A stretch of 64,000 bases of DNA from the human T2T-CHM13v2.0 reference genome, Homo sapiens (GCF_009914755.1 NC_060940.1); one strand, 5' to 3'; positions 1-19,426 are shown, numbered from the stretch's first letter. Notes: generated by a model not told the origin, from the sequence alone. Numbers and translations: made by a program.

Positions 1-803
1 AGTGTAACCTTTGTTGCATTATGGTAGGAGCATGTACTGAGCACTTGTCTTTGAGCCTTGCCTGGCATTTAAAGAGTGTTTGTGTGTAGCGTGCACATGC
101 TTTGCAATTGTACATAAAAATCCATGCCTAGGCATTTATTTATTTTAAACCTGGTGTAGAGCTGTAGACTCCCTATTCAATGACACATTTATAAGCAGTT
201 TGTACAGATGGATTTACTCAGAGGGAAAGGCTTTACTCTCAGTTCTCCACAAACGCTGTTAGTTTTGTACGCGGTTAAATAAGCTTTTTATTTTTTTGAG
301 ACAGGGTTTCACTCTGTCACCCAGACTGAGTGCAGTGGCACAGTCACAGCTCACTGCAGCCTTGACCTCTCTGCTCAAGCGATCCTTCCACCTCAGTGTC
401 CTGAGTAGCTGGGACTACAGGCGAGTCCCACCACACCTAGCTAATCTTTTTTTTTAGTAGAGATGAGGTTTTGCTGTGTTGCCCAGGCTGGTCTTGAACT
501 CCTGGACTCAAGCGTTCCTCCCGCCCTGGCCCTTCCGAAGTGCTGTAGTTACAGGTGTGAGCCACTGCGCCCAGCCAATAGGCCTTTTGTTTTTTTTTTG
601 AGATTGAGTCTTGCACTGTTGCCCAGGCTGGAGTGTGGTGGCGCAGTCTCTGCTCACTGCAACCTCCGCCTCCTAGGTTCAAGTGATTCTCCTGCCTCAC
701 CCTCCTGAGTAGCTGGGATTACAGGCGCACGCCACCACACCCAGCTAATTTTTTTAATTTTTGGTAGAGATGGGGTTTCACCATGTTGGCCAGGCTGGTC
801 TCA

Positions 804-977
<174 letters not shown>

Positions 978-988
978 TCAGAAGTTCA

Positions 989-1452
<464 letters not shown>

Positions 1453-1695
1453 TTATCACGCCACTGCACTCCAGCCTGGGTGACAAGAGCGAAACTCCAT
1501 CTCAAAAAAAAAAAAAAGAGAAGAAAAAGAAATGCAAGTTCATTGGTTGGGGAAATGCCTGAAATTTTTGGAACTTCCCTAGAACCCTTTTGAATTATGA
1601 GGAGCAGTATTTAAACCCCTGACCTAGACCATTCAATCTTTGCTGAGGAAAAGTGTCACTTAGAGTTGCCACTTGTGTCTGTTATTTGTTCCCAG

Positions 1696-1791
1696 CTTCA
1701 CTGCACGGTGCCTGCTTACAATTTCCCAGTGACTGCTATGGCTATTGCCCCCAATACCAACAACCTTGTCATCGCTCATTCGGACCAGCAG
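1696..1791 (+). CDS. UTP4: UTP4 (cirhin, SSU processome t-UTP/UtpA WD40 protein) internal coding exon, 4th from last
   Basis: ttcccAG acceptor, CAG|GTAAGG donor; 96 nt, phase 0-0; encodes LHCTVPAYNFPVTAMAIAPNTNNLVIAHSDQQ and continues in frame into the next exons. Confidence 0.96.
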
Positions 1792-2456
1792 GTAAGGGAG
1801 ATTCCAGTGCTTTCTATTCCCTTCCTGCTGGATAGTAACCTAGAAGCTGGAATATTGGGCAGTTGCGGGGAGCTTTTTTTTGAAGGTGTTGGAGGATATA
1901 AGGTAGTTTTCTCCTGTGTGAAGTAAAGCTTCCTTGCCGGTCTGGGCTCATCATAGGCCAGCAGTATGCATTGGTTTGATGGGATGCAATTTAAATGGAG
2001 AAGCACTAAGATTCTAGAGTAAAGAATCACAAGAGGGAGGAGGAATTTTGAAGTACTCATTTTCCTGATTGTTTTAGAGGAGAGATGACATGGGCTTGGG
2101 TATTAAACTGGATATGGGATGGAATAAGATTTTGAGAGTTGAAAGTGACTAAAAGATTGTATCATTCACCTTTACGCTTGCCGATGAGGAAATCAAGCCC
2201 TAATAAGATCAGGTACCTAATCTCAGCCAAAATTAGAACCTAATCTACTTTTTTCTATACCAATTTGTAAGGAGATTGTGATTATAAGGAGATCTTTAAA
2301 AAAAAAAAAAACCTGGGCTGCGGAATATATTAGGAAGTTATCAATAATTATATTAGGAAGTTATCAATAATTCATCTGTAAAATTGGAGATGTTAATATC
2401 TACCTCACTGAGCTGTTGGGAAGATTAAATGTAATCCAGGAAGCACATTTAAGTAG

Positions 2457-2797
<341 letters not shown>

Positions 2798-2989
2798 TGA
2801 TGGTCAGTTTTTACACTCACACATGCACACACACACTGTCCAAAAAGTGAAATCTCTCAGTTTTATAGATTTGAGTCCTTGACCAAAGACTGAAAGAGTA
2901 GTGAAGCCACACATCTTTGCCTTTGTCACACATAATGATAATTTCCCCCATGACACCTTTTACTGGCACTTAGTCCCTTAAGTGCTTCT

Positions 2990-3201
2990 GAAAGTAAAAC
3001 TGATGGGAAGTTTTTTATATCTGTTAGATTAGCAAAGATCAAAGACTTGATAATATACAGTGTTCTGAAGGTATAGGGAAACAGTACTCTCACACATTGT
3101 GTAAATTATCCTAACCCTTTTGGAGGACATGTTGGCAATACCTTAAAAATTTTAAAGTCCACATGGTCTTTGACTTAGAAATTTCAGTTCTAATCATTCT
3201 T

Positions 3202-3238
<37 letters not shown>

Positions 3239-3520
3239 CTGTATATAGATATATATGCTTCTAGCTGTGCAAAAAGACATTTATACAGAGACAGCTTTGT
3301 TTGTAGTAGACAAAGATATGAAACAAGCTAATGTCCATTAAGCAGAGTGGATAAGTAAATCATGATACATGGACAAAATGAGTGGACTATTCTGTGTTTC
3401 AGAATGGGCATGACCGATATATATGTGTATTAATGTGGGTCAGTCTCCGTGATATAACACTGAGCAACAAAAGCAAGATACAGAACGCTATGTATTATGT
3501 GCATAAAATAGCTCTGAAAA
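2990..3520 (+). mobile_element. Old L1 (L1M/L1ME-type) 3' UTR fragment with internal (TA)n
   Basis: ttagattagcaaagatcaaa...gggaaacagtactctcacac...ttttggaggacatgttggcaatacc motifs; (TA)n at 3202-3256. Confidence 0.6.
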
Positions 3521-3618
3521 GATGGGCAGGGCGCGGTGGCTCACGCCTGTAATCCCAGCACTTTGGGAGGCTGAGGCGGGCAGATCACGAGGTCAGGAGA
3601 TCAAGACCATCCTGGCTA

Positions 3619-3879
<261 letters not shown>

Positions 3880-3951
3880 TTAGGGATGAGAATGCCCTTC
3901 TGGTCTTTCTGAGTACCAGCCTGCATTTCTCTATGTCATGTCCTCCCTCAG

Positions 3952-4137
3952 GTATTTGAGTACAGCATCCCAGACAAACAGTATACAGATTGGAGCCGGA
4001 CTGTCCAGAAGCAGGGCTTTCACCACCTTTGGCTCCAAAGGGATACTCCTATCACACACATCAGTTTTCATCCCAAGAGACCGATGCACATCCTTCTCCA
4101 TGATGCCTACATGTTCTGCATCATTGACAAGTCATTG
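3952..4137 (+). CDS. UTP4: UTP4 internal coding exon, 3rd from last (aa ~550-611, contains R565)
   Basis: tcctccctcAG acceptor, TTG|GTGAGT donor; 186 nt; VFEYSIPDKQYTDWSRTVQKQGFHHLWLQRDTPITHISFHPKRPMHILLHDAYMFCIIDKSL. Confidence 0.97.
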
Positions 4138-5685
4138 GTGAGTTCTTCACTGCTACCTCCCAAATCTTCTTCTGAATCTTAAAGTTCTAAAAGCAACAAG
4201 TACAATAAGGTAAGAGGACAGAGACTCAGAATAAAGGTAGCTAGTAAATCAGAATACAGGTAGCTAGTACATTTCTTGGAGGAGAGGGGCTTTTGTTTTA
4301 CAGATTCCCTGGTTTGTGTTCCCACAGTTCTTCGGGAGGCTCTCGGGGAAGGGGCTGGCCTTTGTATACTGGCTTTTGCTGATTTGACTATTTGTCTACT
4401 TTGCGAGTAAGCACATAAATCTTACACAGAAAAGTGATTAGGCCAGTATTCGGAAGGTGACCCTCATCCGGAAGTATCATTGATTTGGCTAACTTGCTTT
4501 CAACTTTGAACTCTGGGGTATCTGAATAACCTGGTTTCATTAAAGGAGGTACAGGCTGAGGTTTTGACCTCTGTGCCCCTTCGCTAAAGCTACTAAAACG
4601 CTGTCTGCAGGCTTGAGGAACTGGTCTTAACATCTTCGAAAAACCCAGCTAGGAAAATTCTTCATGGCTGTGATTTACATGGGATACGAGCATTTTCTTC
4701 AGTTTTAGATTCTGTCCTCTTTGCCAGCTGCTGTTTTGATTCACCCTGAATTTGTATGGCTTTTCTGGGCAGGTGCTTTGTTTCCTAGGAGCATTGTGGC
4801 CATGCCTGTCCTGCACTTTGGGCTTAGATTACAACCATCACACGGTGTTTTGGTGTGTTTGTGAAGGTGGGGGTGGAAGGAACATGGGGGAAAGCAGCAG
4901 ATGGCTCTAAAGGAGGTGTGCACGGGGATGTGTCACTGGAATCATCTCGTGGGCCCTGCGACCTCTGGGTGTGGGAAGCAGAGCTGGCTGACAAGTGCCT
5001 TCTGCAAGATGAGTGATACAGGAAGGGCCCCTCCCACTCTCTTGCCTCTTTGTAATTGAGCCCAGATCATTTTTTCCAAAGCATTGGCTTTAAGTTCATC
5101 GCTTCCTTACAGTAGGCATAGCTATTTCCCAGGAAGTCAGAGACAAAATATCATTTCTTTGGCCAGAGGCCACCTCGAGGTGTCAGTGACATCAGCACAG
5201 GTGGTTTGTGTTGAGGTTTCGCCTGGGGAGAACTCCAGTCACTTGTCCAGTCTGTGATCTGGTTGGGGGAGAGTCTAGAAAGCACAGACCCTGTGTGGGC
5301 TGAGCTCCTGCACTTGCCAGTTTGTTCCATTCTGACAAAGTGATACTGATGAGACAGGCCAGAAGCCGCAGAAGGGCCCTTTGATCTTGCTGCATGGAGT
5401 TAACAAGCTCTCTTTGCCTCATACACCCACCCTCTACAGTGTGGCTGCAAGAGTAGCTTCAGCTCTTTCTCCCTCTCTCTCCTTTTCTTCTTTTTTTCCC
5501 CCCTAGTTTTTCTGAATAGAGGTATTATGGCTACAGCTGTTTTCCCGAATTAACGAATGTCAGGGAGGTACTGAATATATATGATGGTTAGAAGATGATG
5601 TTGGGCTCAAAATGCACTACAGATCTTTGGTCTGCAGAAGCCCAATAAAAGTAACCATTTAAACAATGTGTCTTTGTTTTTTTAG

Positions 5686-5796
5686 CCCCTTCCAAATGAC
5701 AAAACCTTACTCTACAATCCATTTCCTCCCACGAATGAATCAGATGTCATCCGGAGGCGCACAGCTCATGCTTTTAAAATTTCTAAGATATATAAG
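5686..5796 (+). CDS. UTP4: UTP4 penultimate coding exon
   Basis: T-rich tract + AG acceptor, AAG|GTAAAA donor; 111 nt; PLPNDKTLLYNPFPPTNESDVIRRRTAHAFKISKIYK. Confidence 0.96.
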
Positions 5797-6764
5797 GTAA
5801 AACATCTTGTGTTGTTATTCTGGATAGTTGGTTCCTTTGTGATACCAAAATGTAATAAACTCCACAATCGGAAGATAAGAGCACCTTCAGTTTCCATGCA
5901 GAGAACCTGGCTTGTGGGAGACAAGTCACCTTTTTGAGGCTGGCTGTCCCTTGTATATGTTTTATTGTTCTTGCCTTAGTAGGTTAGAGGCAGGCACATC
6001 ATACTTAACCAAAATGAAATGCGTAAGTAGTGAGAAATGTTGGCGCTGAGGGTAGAGTCTTTGTTGTCATGAGAGCTGGCTTTAAATTTTACTTGTTGGA
6101 GTGTTCCATAGGATAAATGTCAAGCAGGCTGGGCTTGGTAGCTCATACCTGTAATCCCAGCACTTTGGGAGGCCAAGGCAGGTGGATCTCCTCAGCCCAG
6201 GAATTCAAAACCAGCCTGGGCACCATGGTGAAACCCCATCACTATTAACAAAAAAAAAAAAAGGAGAGTTCTGTAAATTACTGATTACTCAAATGACTCA
6301 AATGTGATTAGCTTCTTGATGCATTTGTAGCTTGCCAGTTGTCAGTTGCCTTAGGCTGGGTATGGTGATTCACGCCTGTAATCTCAGTACTTTAGGAGGT
6401 TGAGGCTGGAGTTCAAGACCAGTCTGGGCAACATAGTGAGACCCTGTCTCTACAAAAAAAAAAAAATATAAAAATTAGCTAGGTGTGGTGGAGCATGCCT
6501 GTAGTCCCAGCTGCTCAAGAGGCTGAGATGGGAGGATAGCTTGTGCTCAGGAGTTCAAGGCTGCGGTGAGTATGATTGCACCACTGCACTCCAGGCTGGG
6601 TAACATCGAGATTCTGTCTGAGAAAAAAAAGAACTTAGGCTTTAAAGTCCTTGCTTAACATTGATTCTTGAGATATAAGAAGCATAGATTTTCTATCCAG
6701 AGAAATGTAAAAAAATCCTGCTGAGACCTTTTATGAGTGAACTTAGTTAAAAGCTCCCAATCTT

Positions 6765-7255
<491 letters not shown>

Positions 7256-7435
7256 GCTTTTATGCATTCCAACTATTTTGAGTCCCAGGGCAGGAAAGAT
7301 TGTCAAGAAATTTAAATCATTTGAGCCTTGAACTAGGCTAACCTTTTAGCTTAGATGGTGTCTACCTACAGTCAGTTCTTTCAGGACTAGCCCTGGATCC
7401 TAAGTCCTGATAGAATAATTATCATCCCTCTGCAG

Positions 7436-7552
7436 CCTCTACTCTTCATGGATCTTTTGGATGAAAGAACACTCGTGGCAGTAGAACGGCCTCTGGATGA
7501 CATCATTGCTCAGCTCCCACCACCCATTAAAAAGAAGAAATTTGGAACCTAA
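7436..7552 (+). CDS. UTP4: UTP4 terminal coding exon with stop; basic C-terminal KKKK (NLS-like)
   Basis: ctgcAG acceptor; PLLFMDLLDERTLVAVERPLDDIIAQLPPPIKKKKFGT then TAA at 7550-7552; matches the recalled UTP4 C-terminus. Confidence 0.97.
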   Translation, partial: PLLFMDLLDERTLVAVERPLDDIIAQLPPPIKKKKFGT

Positions 7553-7615
7553 AACAGGGCACTGTCTGTGTCCTTCCTTGAACTGTCTACCCTGTTGCTT
7601 TTCACAAATCATGGT

Positions 7616-7621
7616 AATAAA
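7616..7621 (+). terminator. UTP4: UTP4 polyadenylation signal AATAAA (short ~90-nt 3' UTR)
   Basis: AATAAA 64 nt after the stop, with a T-rich element downstream (tgttttctt, ~7654-7662). Confidence 0.85.
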
Positions 7622-9707
7622 ACAAGTTATTCTTGAGGACTAGTCATTATAAATGTTTTCTTCCAAAATAATGGACAGTCATTTCCCTTCATTGAATGAA
7701 AATGAATGGAAATTCCAAATGAGGTATTTGTATTGGGGATAATGTGCTCAGTAGCTACAAACTCATCTAATGTTGATTGAGTCCTGCTTATTCTGTAGGC
7801 CGCAATCTCAGAAGAAAAGATATTTGTGTTCTGTTCCCTATTACATGCCTAAGGCTTCAGAGAGCTGATAGCCTTCACTTCCTGCCAGCCCCCAGCCCAT
7901 GGAACTGCGTAGGAATCTGCCCATCCTCGCCCTGGAGGGCAGAGGACCGTAATTACTTACCCAGGATAGCCTGACCACTAATAACCATAATCAGCCTTAG
8001 AGTTCAAGGAAGAATTTCAACTCCAGCATTATAAGGGAGTGCTCCATCTAAAAAATAGATGCCTTTGACCTTTGACAGTCAGCCGTTAATTTTATTTAAA
8101 AGTAAAAAAAGCTTGGGTTATCAGTCCCATTAACTGCCTTTTTACCTGTTATGTGCTGGTTTCAAAAGGTATGGAAGGGCCAGGCATGGTGGCTCATGCC
8201 TGTAATCCCAGCATTTTAGGAGGCCAAGGTGGGAGCATCCTTGAGTCCAGAGACCAACCCGGGCAACATAGGGAGACCCTATCCCTAAAGAAATACAATA
8301 TGAAAAAAAAGATACAGGAGCTGGGCACACATCAGTAGTCCCAGCTACTCGAGAGGCTCAGTGGAGCCCAGGAGCTTGAGACCATAGTGTGCTATGATCA
8401 TACTGGTGAATAGCCACTGCACTCCAGCCTGGGCAACATAGTGTGAGACCCTGTCTCTTTAAAAAAAAAAAAAAAAAAAAGGGTAAGGAAACACTGGGCA
8501 GGAATTTTGTTAGGGATTAAGAGTAGAGATGGGGACCCGAGAGCCCACCATGTATTTCACATTTTTCATTCTCTTCTACCTGCTCTGACATTGTTATTCC
8601 CACGTGTGTTATCAACTGGCCAGTTTTAATGTGATCTTTAAATTAGAAAGTGAAGAACTCTAGTTAACTAAACTGAGCAGATAGATTTCTTTCCCTTCTC
8701 GGGATGTATTCTGTTGCATGCCTGCGTAAACCCAGTTTGTGTGGTTTTTGTTTGTTTGTTTTGGGGATGGAGGGCTGAAGTGTGGGCAGAGAAGTGTGTG
8801 GGTTCTGATAACATCTTGAATGAAGGGTTGGTGAAAAACATTTTGCTATGATTAGCCCCACCCTCCATTCTGGAAAGGGAAAATAAATGAGGATTTAAGG
8901 TAGATGTTTGGGGGGAGAATTAACAGAGAGAGAGAGGTTATAAGAGAGAGAAACAGAGCCCAATAATTTATCACATAAAGGACAGCCTATTTTAGGTTTG
9001 ATAAGAAAGAACAGATATGATAAGATTTATAATGGATGTCTTTGCCTCTGCCCCACCTGTTAGGTTTTACAGTGATAGGAGTAATTTAAACAAATACCTG
9101 CTGGGCGCCATGGCTGTAATCCCAGCACTTTGGGAGGCTGAGACTGGCAAATAGCTTGAACTGAGGACTTTGAGACCAGCCTGGGCAACATGGTGAAACT
9201 CCATCCCTACAAAACATACAAAAATTAGCCAGGCGTGGTGGCAAGCACCTGTAGTCCCAGCTTCTCAGGAGGCTGAGGTGGGAGGATTGCTTGAGCCCAG
9301 GAGGAAGAGGCTGCAGTGATCCCTGAGCACGCCGCTGCACTCCAGCCTAGATTTTTTTGAGACCCTCTCTCAAAGAAAACAAAATACCTGCAACTTTTTA
9401 GGTCACCTGTGTAAAAAAAAACTTGCCTCTTGTTGAATACATTTTTTTCTGTAAGGTATATTTTTCCAGTCTGGATTAGACTGGACTATTAGGGACCTTT
9501 TTAGTTTACTGAAGATTCTGTCCTTTCTAAGAAATGTTTTAAGTGGTTGAAATGACAAGTTCAAGTTGCTGGTCTACATTGAATACTTGTGAACAGATGG
9601 AGGCTAGGATGCCTTAAATAGTAACTCACTTGTGGCCCGGTGCAGTGGCTCACACCTGTAATCCCAGCACTTCGGGAGGCCAAGGCAGGCAGATCACTTG
9701 AGGTTCA

Positions 9708-9890
<183 letters not shown>

Positions 9891-10237
9891 TCAAAATAAA
9901 ATAATAAATTAACTCACTTGCTTTTCACTCGTTGTAGAGCTGTAAATTCAGAGAATCCTTGTCAACTGGAATCTAGTTTATGGCTTAACTTACTTAAATT
10001 CTAAAATCTTGTGGGTTGTGGAGGATGTAATTCTCACAGAGAGAGCCCACAGATCATCTGAATGAGGAAGTAAAAGTTCTGAAAGTAGAAAGCATTCCTT
10101 TTCAACTTTTCCAGCCAGTGATTTGTACTTCCTTAAATGGTATGGGAAGTAAGTGCTTTGGGCCTTGAAATTCTTCCGAAGTAGAAAACTTGGAATACAA
10201 ATGAAGCAGAAACTGACTAGGGCAAGTTAGAGAAATT

Positions 10238-10346
10238 GGGGGAAGGGAAGGGAGGGGAAAGGAGGGGAGGGAATGTGAGGGGAAGGGACTGTGGGAGAGG
10301 GGAGAGGAGGGGAGGGGATGTGAGGGGAAGGGAAGGGAAGGGAAGG
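10238..10346 (+). repeat. G/A-rich low-complexity repeat (GGGAA/GGGGA)n
   Basis: Directly visible; more than 12 GGG runs. Confidence 0.9.
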
Positions 10347-10835
10347 AAAACCAGTATTAAAAAAGGGGACCGCTTTAGTGCATGGGTTTCAGGGTGTTTT
10401 TACTTTGGGGGTTTGTGTAACCTAGACATTTAAAACGTTTCCCTCTTGGCGTTATGTTTCTGTTTTGGCCATTTTGCATACCTCTGCTCATTCTTGGGTT
10501 CTACAGAAAAATTCTGATTTGAAACCAGCCCAGGAACAGTCTTTTTTGCCAATCTGACTCAAATGCTTTAAAAATTCACTCTTCTCATGTACTGGTTAGT
10601 AAACTAATCTCTGAATGGATAATTCACATGTACCGTGGAGAGTATAGCAAATTCAACTAAGAAGAACTAAAATCTTGGAATATTGGAAGATAGAGACCAT
10701 CAAATTTGGGGGTTTTTAGGCTTTCTTTTGAGCATCAACCTTTCTTTAAATGGTACTTAATACCGAACCACAATGTATGCTGTAGATAAAAATGAAGTTA
10801 TTCCTATTGGGTGGAGATGAAGCAGGAGTTTGTAA

Positions 10836-11153
<318 letters not shown>

Positions 11154-11324
11154 TAAGCCACCGCACCCAGCCATTCTCATTTTTACAGTCTTGGAAATGG
11201 GAGATCAAGAAGGGAAGAGGTAATTTTTCCCATAGTCACACATTGATTTGTTAGAGGCCAAGGTGGCATTCTTCAGCTTATTCCCCCACTATCTCAGTTA
11301 TAGGACCCTAATCATAAATATGAT

Positions 11325-12159
<835 letters not shown>

Positions 12160-12485
12160 TGATGATTAGCAGGCATGATACACAAAGGATTTTCCGTTTC
12201 GTAGGCTACAGGGAAGGTGTTTGAGCACTTGATCTAGCTGTAATATTGAGTTATGTGGGCAGTCTTTTGTGTTAGTCATATAGAGTGTAGTAATGTACAA
12301 TCTAGGACATTGTCTCCTGGTGCTCATGTCTGGGTGTTTCTTGGGCCAGTTCCTGGGTGTGGCTCATACTGTGTCCATTTTCTTTCACTTTTATTTGGCC
12401 TTCGTACTGGCTGTTTTCCCATCAGCAGTGTTTGAAAGTATTTGTTTCCTTATTCCTTACCAATGTATTGGCAGACTAATTTTAG

Positions 12486-12848
<363 letters not shown>

Positions 12849-13146
12849 TAGTAGAGACGGGGTTTCACCGTGTTAGCCAGGATGGTGTCGAGCTCCTGAC
12901 TTCGTGATCCGCCCAGCTCGGCCTCCCGAAGTGCTGGGATTACAGGCGTGAGCCACCGTGTCCAGCCGTGTTGTCTTTTTCTTTTAGTATTTCAAGGTAT
13001 TTTATGACGTAGATCAGCACTGTCCAATAAACTTTCCGTAATGATAGAAAAGTAGGCCAAGTGTGGTGGCTCATGCCTGTAATCACAGCACTTTGGGAGG
13101 CCAAGCCGGATGAATCACCTGAGCTCAGGAGTTTGAGACCAGCCTA

Positions 13147-13332
<186 letters not shown>

Positions 13333-13451
13333 TCAAAAATAAATAAGTAAGGCTGGGCACGGTTGGTCCACGCGTGTAATCCCAGCATTTTGGGAGGCCG
13401 AGGCGGGTGGATCATGAGGTCAGGAGTTCGAAGCCAGCATAAGGTGGCTCA

Positions 13452-13736
<285 letters not shown>

Positions 13737-13784
13737 TCACACTAGCAACATTGCAAGTGCTCAATAGTCACATGTGCCTAGTAA

Positions 13785-14417
<633 letters not shown>

Positions 14418-14897
14418 TAGAGACAAGGTTTCACCATGTTGGCCAGGCTGGAACTCCTAACCTCAGGTGATCTGCCTGCCTCAGCCTCCCAAAGTGCTGG
14501 GATTACAGGTGTGAGCCACCATGCCTGGCCAGAATTTTTAATTTTAATTTAAATAGCTACATGTGCTAATAGCCTTCATATTGACCAGCACAGATCTAGA
14601 TATTCAGGCTTAGCTTTGTGTCAGTTCATTGTCTTTAGGAAGTTATAGAATTTAGTAACAGCTATACATTTATTGAGTGGCTACTATATGCAACTCACCA
14701 AAAACAGAAGAAAAATACAGCCTCAGCCCTCAAGAACTATACCGCCTAGAAGGGGAGAGAAGCAAGTAGATCAGTCATGCTACATGAGGTCAGGTACAGT
14801 GGCTCATGCCTGTAACCCCAGCACTTTGGGAGACCAAGGCAGGAGGATTCCTTGAACTTGAGACCAGCCTGGGCAACACAGTGAGACCCCATCTCTA

Positions 14898-15248
<351 letters not shown>

Positions 15249-15386
15249 TCATTCAGTGGAAAACACAGCTGTGAGTCACTCACACATTCAATGGAATGAC
15301 AGTAAAAATGCCCATTTGTGTAAGGGGCAGAAGAGACTGGAAGTTAGGGAGGCAAAAAACAGGCTGTTGTGTAGGTGACGTGGGGT

Positions 15387-17118
<1,732 letters not shown>

Positions 17119-17137
17119 TCAAAAAAAAAAAAAAAGA

Positions 17138-17497
<360 letters not shown>

Positions 17498-17525
17498 TTA
17501 ATTTTTATTTTTTTATTTTTTTTGA

Positions 17526-17903
<378 letters not shown>

Positions 17904-18696
17904 TAACTAAGTGGATTCAATGAAACTAAACTTCTATTTAGTGTGTCCTTGCTAATATTTTCCTTTAAAAAGTCACAGTGCTACAAAACTGTCACCAGCT
18001 GCTGCTTATTAGGAATGTGGTTGGCAGATGTGGGTTTTCATAGTCATGCTGTATGAGATCGTTAGTCCATTTTTGCGGGTTTCAGATGGTTAGTGATTTA
18101 TCTTGGTGGGATGAATTAAAAATGTGCTTGCATCAGCTAAAGGACATATGCACCTTTCTCTCTTTCGTGACATGTTTGTGCTGGAGTGAAAATATATTGC
18201 AGGATATTTCTACTGGAAGGTAAAGTAGTACTATTCATTGAAAAGGATAACTGATCCTGCTGCCTTCTTAGTGGGGAAGAGTTATGCATAGATAATTTTT
18301 CAAAGCTGGATGTTGGATCAGTTATTTTATAAGCTTATTTCTCCCTTTGGCTTCTTCCTTAGTAGTAATTGAGTGGCTCCTGCTTTTGTTCCTCTGGCAT
18401 CAGGCCACCTTTGTGGCAGTGACCTTCAGGCTTGCTAAGGGCTGCAATTTTGCTTGAGGCCCTCCTTCCTTATGAAATTACACAACACTCAAACGTTGGA
18501 ACCAGCCCCAGATCCACTAATTCTTTTCCTTTGACGGACTCTTGGCAATCTATACTGTCTTTCAGCCAAAGTGTAGCTTTATACAAGATCTGTTTGTCAC
18601 CGAAATTAATTTGGCCATTTGCCCTTTAAGCATGGCATCAAATGGTGTTATGGCATACTCATTCCTAGATAAAGTATAGACTAGCAGCTGGAGAGT

Positions 18697-18898
18697 TTCT
18701 TTTTTTTTTTCTTCCTTCCTTCCTTCCTCTTTCTTCTTTTCCCTCCCTTCCTTCTTTCTTTCCTTCCTTCCCTCCCTCCTTTCTTGCTCTCTCTTCTCTT
18801 CCCTCCCTCCCTCCCTGCCTGCCTGCCTCCCTTCCTCTCTCTTCCCTCCCTCCCTCCTTCCCTCCCTTCCTTCCTTCCTTCCTTCCTTCCTTCTTTTT
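18697..18898 (+). repeat. (CCTT)n/(CCCT)n polypyrimidine tract at the tail of an antisense Alu
   Basis: ~200 nt almost entirely C/T. Confidence 0.9.
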
Positions 18899-19303
18899 GA
18901 GACAGGGTCTCACTGTGTCACCCAGGCTGGAGTGCAGTGGTCTGATCACAGCCCACTACAGCCTTGAACTCCTGGGCTCAAGTGATCCTCCCACCTTAGG
19001 CTACCTAGTAGCTAGGACTACAGGTGCCCACCACCACACCCAGTTAGTTTTTGTATTTTTTATAGAGATGGGGTTTTGCCACATTGCCCAGTCTGGGCTC
19101 AAGTGATCCTCCTGCCTCGGCCTCCCAAAATGCTAGGATTATAGGCTTGAGCCACTGTGCCCAGCCAAGAGTTTCTATCAAAGGTTTTATTGTTGGTGCT
19201 GCTGAAAGTCAACTGGTAATAACAGCAATGGGTACTCATTTATTTATTTATTTATTTATTTGAGATGGAGTCTTGCTCTGTCCCCCAGGCTGGAGTGCAG
19301 TAG

Positions 19304-19426
<123 letters not shown>

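Noticed and set aside
4141-5685. Intronic snoRNA in a ribosome-biogenesis host gene
   Set aside because: No properly spaced C/D boxes with a terminal stem, and no H/ACA double hairpin, could be identified by eye; an Infernal/Rfam scan would be decisive
5644-5860. Intronic AATAAA hexamers flanking the penultimate UTP4 exon (5644, ~5854)
   Set aside because: Expected by chance in AT-rich intron sequence; no independent sign of use
18150-18225. Possible intergenic exon ending AAG|GTAAAG
   Set aside because: No convincing acceptor plus reading frame and no recognisable homology
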